Positions 18,896 to 26,655 of a DNA stretch of 38,332 bases are shown here, in pieces (the first letter of the stretch is position 1; every line of letters starts with the position of its first letter). Below the pieces are notes generated by a model. The model had not been told where the DNA came from, did no database searches, and saw nothing but the letters and a program-made list of their open reading frames with translations. Location: the UHGV virus genome UHGV-1370146; one strand, written 5' to 3'. Made by a program: the position numbers and the translations under genes. Origin of the DNA: a virus.

Positions 18896-19349
18896 TTAAA
18901 CCACCTAGTTCTTTTTCTGCTTCAGCAACGAGTTCGGACCAATTGTTTGCATCCTCGTTACCTTTGTTTGATCCGCGAAGTTCTTCAGTCTCAGCCTTGA
19001 GCTTATCGATTTGAGCTAGTTGAAGATCCGTTTCAGAAATAATACCAGTACGATCAAGAATATCTTTTGCTGCATTAAAGCGGACCATCTCAGATTTAGC
19101 TTTCAAAAGATTTCGCATCGTTCGGACTGCATCACTTGAATACTCCCTCAACATGAAGTGATTATATTCGTCTTGAGCTTTGCGGAATTTTTCGTTCTTT
19201 TTCCACTTAGTGATTGTGGAATCTGCGACGGAAATTTCAGCAGCAATCTCATTTTGTTTGTGCTTCCCTTCAAATAGCATCGCAATAGCTTTTTGTTGTT
19301 TCCTAGTTAAACTATAAAAGACTTCCAAATCCGCCTTTTTTTTACTCAA
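18888..19349 (-). CDS. Terminase small subunit
   Basis: 153 aa with an N-terminal HTH-like region (KQQKAIAMLFEGKHKQNEIAAEISVADSTITKWKK). Overlaps the TerL start. TTG start with RBS GGAGGTG. Confidence 0.7.
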   Translation of the reverse strand: MSKKKADLEVFYSLTRKQQKAIAMLFEGKHKQNEIAAEISVADSTITKWKKNEKFRKAQDEYNHFMLREYSSDAVRTMRNLLKAKSEMVRFNAAKDILDRTGIISETDLQLAQIDKLKAETEELRGSNKGNEDANNWSELVAEAEKELGGLNE

Positions 19350-19360
19350 ATAATCACCTC

Positions 19361-19392
19361 CCCTGAAAAAAAGACGAGCCTCAGCCGTCTTT
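19361..19392 (-). terminator. Rho-independent terminator ending the accessory cassette, directly abutting the terS RBS
   Basis: On the minus strand: AAAAGACGgctgaggctCGTCTTTTTTT. The stem overlaps the stop of the upstream CDS. Confidence 0.7.
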
Positions 19393-20255
19393 TAACTTCT
19401 AACTATATCACCAATAACTTTTCTAATTTCTTCAACAGGCAAATCTAACTCTGAAGCTATCTCTTCAGCCGCAGGTAAACGTTCTAAATCAATCGTCAAT
19501 TGAACTACCGTACTTATTACCCTATCCACAAAACCTTGCGGAAGGTTATTTTTCAAATAAATATTATAGCTATGACCTTTTACTTTAAAGTGAAACATAT
19601 TGTAATTTTTATTAATAACACTTTCTCTATTAGCCATATTCGTTATTCTTGATCGCTTTTCAAGTCGACTTATTGAGTCTTGCATTTCAAATAGCATTTC
19701 TAATATAGCTTCATCAGCATTAACTTTTTCACCTTTACTAACTTCGCTAATAATATTTGTGCGTTGAATCACTCTGTATACAGGATTATCGTGCGTACCA
19801 TCCTTTAAAAGCTCTTCAATCTTTTCGTCAATTCCAATTTTTAATTCACCGGAACCTGCAATTGTGTTGTCAAAGAAAATTGTTCTTTCCTCAATAATAT
19901 CAAAGGGAAGTTTTGTTTCTGTTTCGCAAATCATAATAGTAGGAACCCCAAATGAATGTGACACTGCCGTTTCATACATAACGTTCGGATTTAATCCTGT
20001 CAAATTCGAAATAACTAAATCTGCATCAAGAATATTTTTAAAAACTTGATCACCAATAGAACCAATATTTTTAATTTTATGAGCCACGATCAATTGATAC
20101 CCATGCTTTTCTAAAATAGGTTCGATTACATTTATAGATATTCCTTCTAATTTTTTGAATTCCTCAGAATCTTTGGTACCAATCGGCGTAATGAAGAAAC
20201 AAGTTTTTTTACTAGAATTATTGCCATTGTTATTAGCTGCTTTATCTTTAGCCAT
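19392..20255 (-). CDS. Accessory (moron) protein with an N-terminal nucleoside 2-deoxyribosyltransferase/TIR-like Rossmannoid domain and an uncharacterised C-terminal domain; candidate defence or nucleotide-targeting effector
   Basis: ATG at 20255 with a perfect RBS AAGGAG(N7). The motif FFITPIG...DADLVISNLTGLNPNVMYETAVSHSFGVPTIMI matches the NDT/RCL-type pattern [AD]D-hhh-x...NPNV-x-YE-xG...G-hP-hhhh. The ~100 aa C-terminus is unrecognised. The gene is flanked by hairpin terminators. Confidence 0.7.
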   Translation of the reverse strand: MAKDKAANNNGNNSSKKTCFFITPIGTKDSEEFKKLEGISINVIEPILEKHGYQLIVAHKIKNIGSIGDQVFKNILDADLVISNLTGLNPNVMYETAVSHSFGVPTIMICETETKLPFDIIEERTIFFDNTIAGSGELKIGIDEKIEELLKDGTHDNPVYRVIQRTNIISEVSKGEKVNADEAILEMLFEMQDSISRLEKRSRITNMANRESVINKNYNMFHFKVKGHSYNIYLKNNLPQGFVDRVISTVVQLTIDLERLPAAEEIASELDLPVEEIRKVIGDIVRS

Positions 20256-20330
20256 CAATTTTCTCCTTATTGCTTTTTTACAATTATAATATATTGATAG
20301 CTCTTTTTCAGCGATTTCTTCAATTGAAAC

Positions 20331-20366
20331 AAAAAAGCAGCCCAATAAATGAGCTGCCAGTTTCAC
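20331..20366 (-). terminator. Weak hairpin plus T-run downstream of arpU and upstream of the cassette
   Basis: On the minus strand: GCAGCtcatttattggGCTGCTTTTTTGTTT. Confidence 0.35.
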
Positions 20367-20517
20367 GTGATTTAATCGGCCAGTTAATTTTTGTTATTGT
20401 GAGTAATCTAAATCAATGTCCGATCGCTTTCCCTTATCTTTCGACACTATCATAATAACTCTGGAAATAGGTAGACAGCAGGTAAAAAAGAGGTATAAAA
20501 AAGGTAGTTTACGTGTA

Positions 20518-20988
20518 TTATTTAAACCTTATTAATTCCAATGCAGAAGCGAACTGAATCAATATCACACTTGATTCTTGTTTAACTAGCTCTTCGCTAA
20601 CATGGCAACGGTCTGCGGTGAAATTAACAGAATAACCATGAATGTATCGATCGTAAAAAATTTGTTTCCTGCGTTTGGTGATATCCGGCTTAAATGGATG
20701 TTGTATTGCTGAGAAACCTTGAATGAATAATTTATGCAGATAGATAAATTCTTCTTGAGCCGTTTCATTTTGTATAAGCATTTGTTCTGCTTCTGGATGA
20801 TTTACAGAAGAATGAGAAGGCGGCACAAGGGAAAAACTCGAGGTGATTTTGGGTTCTCTCGGTTGCCCTACTCTGCTTCTCGATGCTAGATACTCGCCTA
20901 AAAAGACACCTACATTATATTTAGTTCTCTCCATATCAACATTTTCTTTAGCTGGTACTTCATACTTAGAAACGTCAAATAGCGCCAT
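20518..20988 (-). CDS. ArpU-family phage late transcriptional regulator
   Basis: 156 aa protein in the canonical position before terS. The C-terminal region is a sigma-region-4-like HTH. Confidence 0.7.
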   Translation of the reverse strand: MALFDVSKYEVPAKENVDMERTKYNVGVFLGEYLASRSRVGQPREPKITSSFSLVPPSHSSVNHPEAEQMLIQNETAQEEFIYLHKLFIQGFSAIQHPFKPDITKRRKQIFYDRYIHGYSVNFTADRCHVSEELVKQESSVILIQFASALELIRFK

Positions 20989-21059
20989 GACCGCGATTCC
21001 CCCTTGTGATATACTAAAAATGCGAATAATTAGTATGAGCTGGGGAAACCCGGCTTTTT

Positions 21060-21242
21060 TTATGCCATTTCAGTTTCGTGCCAGTTGTCAGCTTCTAAAA
21101 CTATATATTGCGAAATAGAAATTCTACCTTCATTCAATTTATCCCGAGCCTTTTTAGCTGCTGCTTTTGATTTGTAAATCTTTGAACCTTCAGCGGGAAA
21201 CATAAACTTACCGCTGATTAATGCAACACAATATACTTTCAT
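21060..21242 (-). CDS. Hypothetical small protein of 60 aa
   Basis: Strong RBS GAGGAGG 5 nt upstream of the ATG. Confidence 0.5.
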   Translation of the reverse strand: MKVYCVALISGKFMFPAEGSKIYKSKAAAKKARDKLNEGRISISQYIVLEADNWHETEMA

Positions 21243-21330
21243 GCAAATTCCTCCTCAATTGGGTCGGTTAGTATTGCTTATGGTTTCTATATCTCTTTTT
21301 TGTTATTATTAATAAAAAAAGGATGTGTTA

Positions 21331-22149
21331 ATGTTGGATCCTATTATTACTAGCTCTCTAATGACTTTTGGAGCCGGCTTTGCTACTGCAGCTTTTTCAA
21401 AAGCTAAAGGTCCTGGTCAGGCCTTAGACGATGCTATGGCCCTAGTTGGATTTGATAAGCTGCATGAAGTAGCAGAAAAGAAACGCGCTAAGAGAGAACT
21501 AAACATGCAACGTTATAAAGACTCAATTGCTCAAAAGATTGTTGCCATTCCTGATGGAAATTTAAAAGAACCTCCACTTTCGATAGTTGGCCCAGCTCTT
21601 GAAGCATCTAAATATTACATTGAAGAAGAAGAGCTTAGAGAAATGTTCGCTAGGTTGATTGCTTCTTCCATGGATAAAGCGAAAGAAACTATCACCCATA
21701 CTTCATATGTCGAGATAATAAAGCAATTAACCCCTTTAGACGGAGATAACCTGAAATTAATTAACCAAAACAAAGGCGAAGAGCTTATTTCTAGACTTAT
21801 TGTAAATTTCGACAACGAAGGATTTAAAATTGCTAGAACGAATCTTTTTTTAGCAAATGAAAATTGTAATGACCAACTTATACTTAGCGCTTCATTAGAT
21901 AATTTAAATCGATTAGGATTAGTCACATTGGATTATTCTAGGTATCGTAAAATCGATAATATTTATGATCAATTCAAACTAACCAAGGAGTATGAAGATC
22001 TAAAGCATACAATTGAATCACAAAACCAGCATTTAGAAAATAATGAACTTCCGAGTGAAAATTATCCATTTTTATCTGGTCCTGAAATAGGCATGGGTTT
22101 AGTCTCCATCACTTCGTTCGGAGAGAACTTTTGCGCTACTTGTCTTTAG
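21331..22149 (+). CDS. Opposite-strand accessory protein, possibly Abi-alpha (DUF4393)-like abortive-infection family
   Basis: It is the only long + strand gene inside a minus-strand operon. The start is ATG at 21331 with AGGA 8 nt upstream (the track's GTG at 21325 is less likely). The segment IVGPALEASKYYIEEEELREMFARLIASSMDKAKETITHTSYVEIIKQLTPLDGDNL resembles, from memory, the conserved core of the Abi-alpha family. Confidence 0.65.
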   Translation: MLDPIITSSLMTFGAGFATAAFSKAKGPGQALDDAMALVGFDKLHEVAEKKRAKRELNMQRYKDSIAQKIVAIPDGNLKEPPLSIVGPALEASKYYIEEEELREMFARLIASSMDKAKETITHTSYVEIIKQLTPLDGDNLKLINQNKGEELISRLIVNFDNEGFKIARTNLFLANENCNDQLILSASLDNLNRLGLVTLDYSRYRKIDNIYDQFKLTKEYEDLKHTIESQNQHLENNELPSENYPFLSGPEIGMGLVSITSFGENFCATCL

Positions 22150-22290
22150 ACAGGTAGCTTTTTATATAGTTTGTCTCTTCTTCAAAGAACTTGTCCATCC
22201 ATTTATTTATCATGTGCATTTGTAATTTCATCATCATAAACGACACGATTCCTGCCGTAAAAACTGAAATTAGGATTAGTTTTAACATGT
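22136..22290 (-). CDS. Small predicted membrane protein of 49 aa, convergent with and overlapping the 3' end of the Abi-like gene
   Basis: RBS GAAAGGAG 5 nt upstream of the ATG at 22290. The product is MLKLILISVFTAGIVSFMMMKLQMHMINKW... with a single TM segment. It is not in the ORF track because it is shorter than 60 aa. Confidence 0.35.
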
Positions 22291-22341
22291 TATCTCCTTT
22301 CTTACTTGATAGGTTGAGTTAGTTTATCTCTTCATTTAACC

Positions 22342-22509
22342 TTACCGATTCCTTCTCCCGGCCTCTAGCTTCATAGCTAATCCATGAATAATACCCAAAG
22401 CTTTCATAGCGTCCACACGGTCAGCTGCTTTTAAACCGCCTTTGCCATCCTTAATTTTTCTTAGCTCATCTGATGCTTCTCTCAATAAATCAATATTTAT
22501 AGTTCCCAT
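22342..22509 (-). CDS. Hypothetical small protein
   Basis: An internal ATG with RBS GGAGGAAAG. The longer track ORF overlaps its upstream neighbour. Confidence 0.4.
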   Translation of the reverse strand: MGTINIDLLREASDELRKIKDGKGGLKAADRVDAMKALGIIHGLAMKLEAGRRNR

Positions 22510-22537
22510 ATTCTTTCCTCCATCTTTTAAGGCATCT

Positions 22538-22846
22538 TTAGTCATTCCAAATAATCGCTTCATCAAACCGATGTAGCTTATGTTGCTTTGTTGCTTTAGG
22601 AGCAGCTTCAATAATTAGCACAGGATTGTACTTAGAATTAAGTTTCAATCGTTCAACGTGGTCTTTTGCCTCGGTCAGAGTGAATCTGCAATTTAGCTGG
22701 TCATCACCTTTTTCAAGGATTCCTTCAAGGTCAGTTACAAGATAATCCACATCTCTGTATACTGGCGACCAGAAAAGAAATCCCCAATGAATATCGAGTC
22801 CATCATTAAACTCGGTTCCAAGCAAAACTTTATACATTTTTTCCAC
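22538..22846 (-). CDS. Hypothetical protein
   Basis: 102 aa ORF in the early operon. Confidence 0.45.
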   Translation of the reverse strand: MEKMYKVLLGTEFNDGLDIHWGFLFWSPVYRDVDYLVTDLEGILEKGDDQLNCRFTLTEAKDHVERLKLNSKYNPVLIIEAAPKATKQHKLHRFDEAIIWND

Positions 22847-22887
22847 TTCTCTGACTCCTTCCTACTTTATAGGCGTGGTTACCGGAA

Positions 22888-23043
22888 CTATTCGTCCATT
22901 TCATTAATAATTTTTACAACTTCTGACTTCGCAGATTTACTTAATTTGTAAAAAATAATCTGATTTCTGTTTCTAAATTTCATGTTTGCATATTCTCTTC
23001 CAAGCGCTACGCCTAAAAAAAATAAAATAATAGTCCATGTCAT
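22888..23043 (-). CDS. Small predicted membrane protein of 51 aa
   Basis: ATG at 23043 with RBS GGAGG. The N-terminus MTWTIILFFLGVALG is hydrophobic. Confidence 0.4.
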   Translation of the reverse strand: MTWTIILFFLGVALGREYANMKFRNRNQIIFYKLSKSAKSEVVKIINEMDE

Positions 23044-23077
23044 TTGTGGCCCTCCTCTAAGTCGTCCGTTAAGTGAA

Positions 23078-23275
23078 TTACTTTGGCCAACGTACACCAT
23101 AAGCAAGGTCAGATTTAATTGTTCTCAGCTCTGTCAGTTGAGCTAATTTGGTGGCGTGTTCCATTAAATCTTTTGCATTGCGCTCATTCCCAAACTTTTC
23201 AAACCATTCGACTGCACCTTCAAGTATTTCAATACGTGCATCAAGTATGCTGTATACCTCTTTTTCAATAGACAT
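23078..23275 (-). CDS. Hypothetical protein
   Basis: 65 aa ORF. Confidence 0.45.
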   Translation of the reverse strand: MSIEKEVYSILDARIEILEGAVEWFEKFGNERNAKDLMEHATKLAQLTELRTIKSDLAYGVRWPK

Positions 23276-23309
23276 TCAATCCCCTTCCTTTCTCTGCTAA
23301 TGCTCCAGA

Positions 23310-23522
23310 TCACTTACTTTTCGCTTGTGCCTTTCTACGTTTCCAATTACGAAAAGTACGTTCTAAAAAGTTCTTTTCATCTTCGATATTGTGAAGATAG
23401 ATATAGCCATCTTGACCGAAAGTGCTGTAATAATTATCTAAATCATCAAGCATTTTTCGGTGTTTCAAAAACTGTTCTTCTGTCGTATAGCTTTTAATTT
23501 GATCAGGATACAAATTCATCAC
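23310..23522 (-). CDS. Hypothetical protein
   Basis: 70 aa ORF. Confidence 0.45.
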   Translation of the reverse strand: MMNLYPDQIKSYTTEEQFLKHRKMLDDLDNYYSTFGQDGYIYLHNIEDEKNFLERTFRNWKRRKAQAKSK

Positions 23523-23524
23523 CT

Positions 23525-23722
23525 CTAATCAATAAATCTTTCTTTTTTGTAGCCGATTTCTAACAAATATTCTTCTCGTTGGTATAAAGCTGGCCGACGA
23601 CTAATTGTTGCATCAACACTTTTAGAAACATGCTGAGCTTTTTCAAAGCTGGTATAGCAAAAGCAACGATTGTCCTCGTCAACAATTATCGCTGCAATAT
23701 CGTCGTGATAAATTCGATACAT
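23525..23722 (-). CDS. Hypothetical protein
   Basis: 65 aa ORF. Confidence 0.45.
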   Translation of the reverse strand: MYRIYHDDIAAIIVDEDNRCFCYTSFEKAQHVSKSVDATISRRPALYQREEYLLEIGYKKERFID

Positions 23723-23932
23723 TTAATCACTCCAATTCAATTTTCCTTTTTCAAGTAAGTGCAGATACAGTAAACCGACATCGATTACTTTCTGATTCAT
23801 CTCGATCGCTACTTCTGTAGGTTTAAGTCCTTGAGAAAAGAGCGAGATTGCTCGCTCAATTTCCTCGTTGGACCAAATCCATTTAGCCTCTTCCAAAATC
23901 AAAACTCGATCCTTTTTATTTATACGGATCAT
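23723..23932 (-). CDS. Hypothetical small protein (the start is probably the internal Met of the 119-aa track ORF)
   Basis: This avoids a long overlap with the upstream 268-aa gene. Confidence 0.35.
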   Translation of the reverse strand: MIRINKKDRVLILEEAKWIWSNEEIERAISLFSQGLKPTEVAIEMNQKVIDVGLLYLHLLEKGKLNWSD

Positions 23933-24722
23933 CTTCATCGTCAGAATTATCATTTTCTGACGGTTCATTTCCGTAAGGGTCTGATTGTCCAAGTAAATCG
24001 CCCTCAGCTTCAACATCAACTCCCAGAGCCTCTTCATTAGCATCTGTTTCGTCCTCTGCGGCGTTTTCTGTTTCTTCTGCATTATTTACCGTTTTGTCTT
24101 CTGGCTCTTCGCTGTCGCTTTCTGATTCGCCAGAATCGTCGGTTTCTTCTTTCAGAGCTTGGAAAACTACTTCATCACGTTTTTTATCCCACTCGTTAGC
24201 AAAAGGTGCAAAATACTGACGAGCAGCTTCAATTTGATTAATCAATGCCGTGTCGGACATTTCATAACTTTCGGCAATCTCACCCAGGTCTTCGCCGTCG
24301 TTGATACGAGAAATCACATCACGAGGATTAATGTTGATATCTTCCGGAAGCGGTAATGAAGTTGCTTTTGAAATAAATTCATCGACCAAATCTTTGGAAA
24401 TTTGGATTGTTTGATTTTCAACTTCTTCCACGCCGTCGCCGACATCAAGTGAGGTTTGCTCTTCTTTTTGCATCTCTACTGTTCCGTCGTTGTTCACGAT
24501 ATAGTTGACGTTTGGCCGCTTAGTCTGTTTGTTGACCGGCAAAACATACTCAACTGTTTCAGGTTGAATCGTTACGGAAACTGTCTTGCCTAGTAAGGCA
24601 TCTAAATCATCTTTCTTACCTAACAGCGATCCATTATTAACGATAAGAAGAACCTCAGTAACACCGTTCCCCTTTGAAGTTGCTTTTTTTAATTCCGGTC
24701 TAAAACTTACTTGATTTGTCAT
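23916..24722 (-). CDS. Hypothetical protein with a strongly acidic, D/E/S-rich C-terminal tail
   Basis: 268 aa. The last ~80 aa are poly-acidic. Confidence 0.55.
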   Translation of the reverse strand: MTNQVSFRPELKKATSKGNGVTEVLLIVNNGSLLGKKDDLDALLGKTVSVTIQPETVEYVLPVNKQTKRPNVNYIVNNDGTVEMQKEEQTSLDVGDGVEEVENQTIQISKDLVDEFISKATSLPLPEDININPRDVISRINDGEDLGEIAESYEMSDTALINQIEAARQYFAPFANEWDKKRDEVVFQALKEETDDSGESESDSEEPEDKTVNNAEETENAAEDETDANEEALGVDVEAEGDLLGQSDPYGNEPSENDNSDDEDDPYK

Positions 24723-24971
24723 TTATTTTTCCTCCTTGATTTCCAAATAATACTTGCTGTTTATGGTGGTTACTTTTATTTCGAGTCCTTTTGAACTGAT
24801 ATCGATAACCCTTGAAGTTCTCAAAAGGTTACCATTCGGGAAAGTAATCGCTAAGCTTTTTCCTAATTCGCATTGCAGCACTTCTCCGATTTGGCTTTTA
24901 GCCCTGCATCCTTGACTTTGTTCATTTGAAATTCCCAGAACTTTTACCTTTTTACCGATATAATCCATCAC
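24723..24971 (-). CDS. Hypothetical protein
   Basis: 82 aa ORF. Confidence 0.45.
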   Translation of the reverse strand: MMDYIGKKVKVLGISNEQSQGCRAKSQIGEVLQCELGKSLAITFPNGNLLRTSRVIDISSKGLEIKVTTINSKYYLEIKEEK

Positions 24972-25087
24972 TCTTCATCCTCACAATCTTCGCAATTGCG
25001 CGGGTACCCTGGCTCCTCGCCGTCAATGAACGAACCGCAAGAATGGCAAAGAAAGCCGTCTAATATCATTTCAGTTGTTTCTCCCAT
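24968..25087 (-). CDS. Small Cys-rich (CxxC...CxxC) zinc-ribbon-like protein of 39 aa
   Basis: RBS GGAGGAAAAACA-ATG. The product is MGETTEMILDGFLCHSCGSFIDGEEPGYPRNCEDCEDEE. Confidence 0.35.
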   Translation of the reverse strand: MGETTEMILDGFLCHSCGSFIDGEEPGYPRNCEDCEDEE

Positions 25088-25098
25088 TGTTTTTCCTC

Positions 25099-25569
25099 CT
25101 AATAATTGGTTGCATCTTTCCAGTGATAATCAAAATTCGTAGTAATGAATGGTTCTTTTTCGTTTAGCGATTTTGTGACGCCTTGAGTGATCACTTTGAA
25201 ATCATTCTTTCGGATCACTACAGCTTCAACCGGATGTTTGAAATAGATCGCAAACAATCTGAAACGCAATTTATTCGACTGATCAATTCCATAAGCGCCG
25301 AAGCTATTTTTTACATCGATCACATGTAACCAATTGCCTTCGTGATCTTTAATAATAAAATCTGGTGTATAAGCAATTTGCGTAATCTTGCCGCCTTCCG
25401 GAAGTTCCGTTAATTCAGTCAGTTTAAATCGTGGGTGAACTTCAAACGGCAAGCCGCAATTTTTTATAAAGCGTTGGTAAAACAATGCTTCTTTTTCTGA
25501 ATCGAATTTGTATCCATCAATAACGACTTTCTTTCCTCGCTTGTTTAAAGCTGTTGGACTATTCGCCAC
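25099..25569 (-). CDS. PD-(D/E)xK nuclease, VRR-NUC/DUF1064-like
   Basis: The motifs E...YTPDFII...(16 aa)...HVIDVK...Q have spacing typical of VRR-NUC. Confidence 0.55.
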   Translation of the reverse strand: MANSPTALNKRGKKVVIDGYKFDSEKEALFYQRFIKNCGLPFEVHPRFKLTELTELPEGGKITQIAYTPDFIIKDHEGNWLHVIDVKNSFGAYGIDQSNKLRFRLFAIYFKHPVEAVVIRKNDFKVITQGVTKSLNEKEPFITTNFDYHWKDATNY

Positions 25570-25573
25570 ACAA

Positions 25574-25813
25574 TCATTCCTTTCGCATCCACGCTTGATT
25601 AGCTTTTTTGGGTGCCTTTTTATTTTTCGATTCCTGTTTGGTTCGAACTATTTTTCTGTCTTTTTGGTCAATGATCTCGACGACTTTTCCGCCGCAAACT
25701 GCAGCCACTGTAGCCGCCATTTCATAATCCTCATGATGTTTTGCATAGACTAGGCTTGGCTCGCCTCTACCGCCATCATTGAGGTAGCACATCTTTTTGA
25801 CGACAAAACTCAA
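25574..25813 (-). CDS. Hypothetical protein
   Basis: 79 aa with a basic C-terminus. Confidence 0.45.
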   Translation of the reverse strand: MSFVVKKMCYLNDGGRGEPSLVYAKHHEDYEMAATVAAVCGGKVVEIIDQKDRKIVRTKQESKNKKAPKKANQAWMRKE

Positions 25814-26655
25814 ACTGGATTCCTCCTTTTGTCTGCTGTTTCTTTAAAGTTCAAGGCATAATCTTTGCCGGCATTGTTCATGATCCTGGAAAAGACTCGT
25901 TCGCCATAAGCATTGATAAGCTGTTTAGAAGAAAGATTAGTGGTGAAAATTGTTGCTTTATTCAAACGAGCTTCCGCGATTGAAGTAATGACATCGACGT
26001 CATATGGCGTGGCTTTTTGATTATCTTCAAGACGGCCGAGTTCGCTGCCAAGATCATCAATCAAGACCACATCAGTTTTTTTGATTTCAGCCATCAACGC
26101 ACCTTGAATCTGTTTTTGGGCTTCCGGGTCACTCATGGCAAATTTGAGTTGCTCAAGTAGCTCGCGGTAACTTACTACCGAACAGGTCACTAAGTAGCCT
26201 GTCTTTTTCAAAGCGAAGTTCAAAATGCTCATTCCTAAGTGAGTTTTCCCGGCTCCAGGGGAACCAGTCAAAATTGCGTGTACTGGATTGCCGTTAACAA
26301 TTTCTTTCGCCCAATTGATTGATTTTTCTTTGGCTATACTTGTTTCTGAATCCATGACTTTGTAATTCTCAAAGTGGTTGGTGAAAATATTTTGATCTGT
26401 GACGATTGATGTATTTCTTAATCTGTTCAAAGCGTCCTTCATTCTCGATTCGTCGAACATAGCCTGTTCTTTCAACTGATTCCGTTTAGTCATTTCACGG
26501 TGGCCGCAAACAGTGCAAACGGGAGCACATCTTTCTGTGCCATCTGAGTTACTGTTTTTCCATTTGCGCATTGGCCCATCACACTCCGGACACTTCCCGA
26601 CAACAACCAGAACTTTATCCATCAGCTTCTCAATTGCAGTTCCTAAGTTCTCCAT
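25810..26655 (-). CDS. DnaC/IstB-like helicase loader ATPase with an N-terminal Cys4 zinc finger
   Basis: Walker A GSPGAGKTHL and Walker B VVLIDDLG. The N-terminus contains CPECDGP...CTVCGH. Confidence 0.8.
   Translation of the reverse strand: MENLGTAIEKLMDKVLVVVGKCPECDGPMRKWKNSNSDGTERCAPVCTVCGHREMTKRNQLKEQAMFDESRMKDALNRLRNTSIVTDQNIFTNHFENYKVMDSETSIAKEKSINWAKEIVNGNPVHAILTGSPGAGKTHLGMSILNFALKKTGYLVTCSVVSYRELLEQLKFAMSDPEAQKQIQGALMAEIKKTDVVLIDDLGSELGRLEDNQKATPYDVDVITSIAEARLNKATIFTTNLSSKQLINAYGERVFSRIMNNAGKDYALNFKETADKRRNPV

Noticed and set aside
19864-21118. ORFs 19864..20049 (+), 20270..20455 (+), 20586..20768 (-), 20843..21118 (+)
   Set aside because: They are antisense to, or out of frame within, the NDT-like and ArpU genes or their intergenic region. 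They have no RBS.
21615-21926. ORF 21615..21926 (-) antisense within the Abi-like gene
   Set aside because: It has no RBS, and its composition is typical of the reverse complement of an AT-rich CDS. The separate 22136..22290 ORF was kept because it has a strong RBS.
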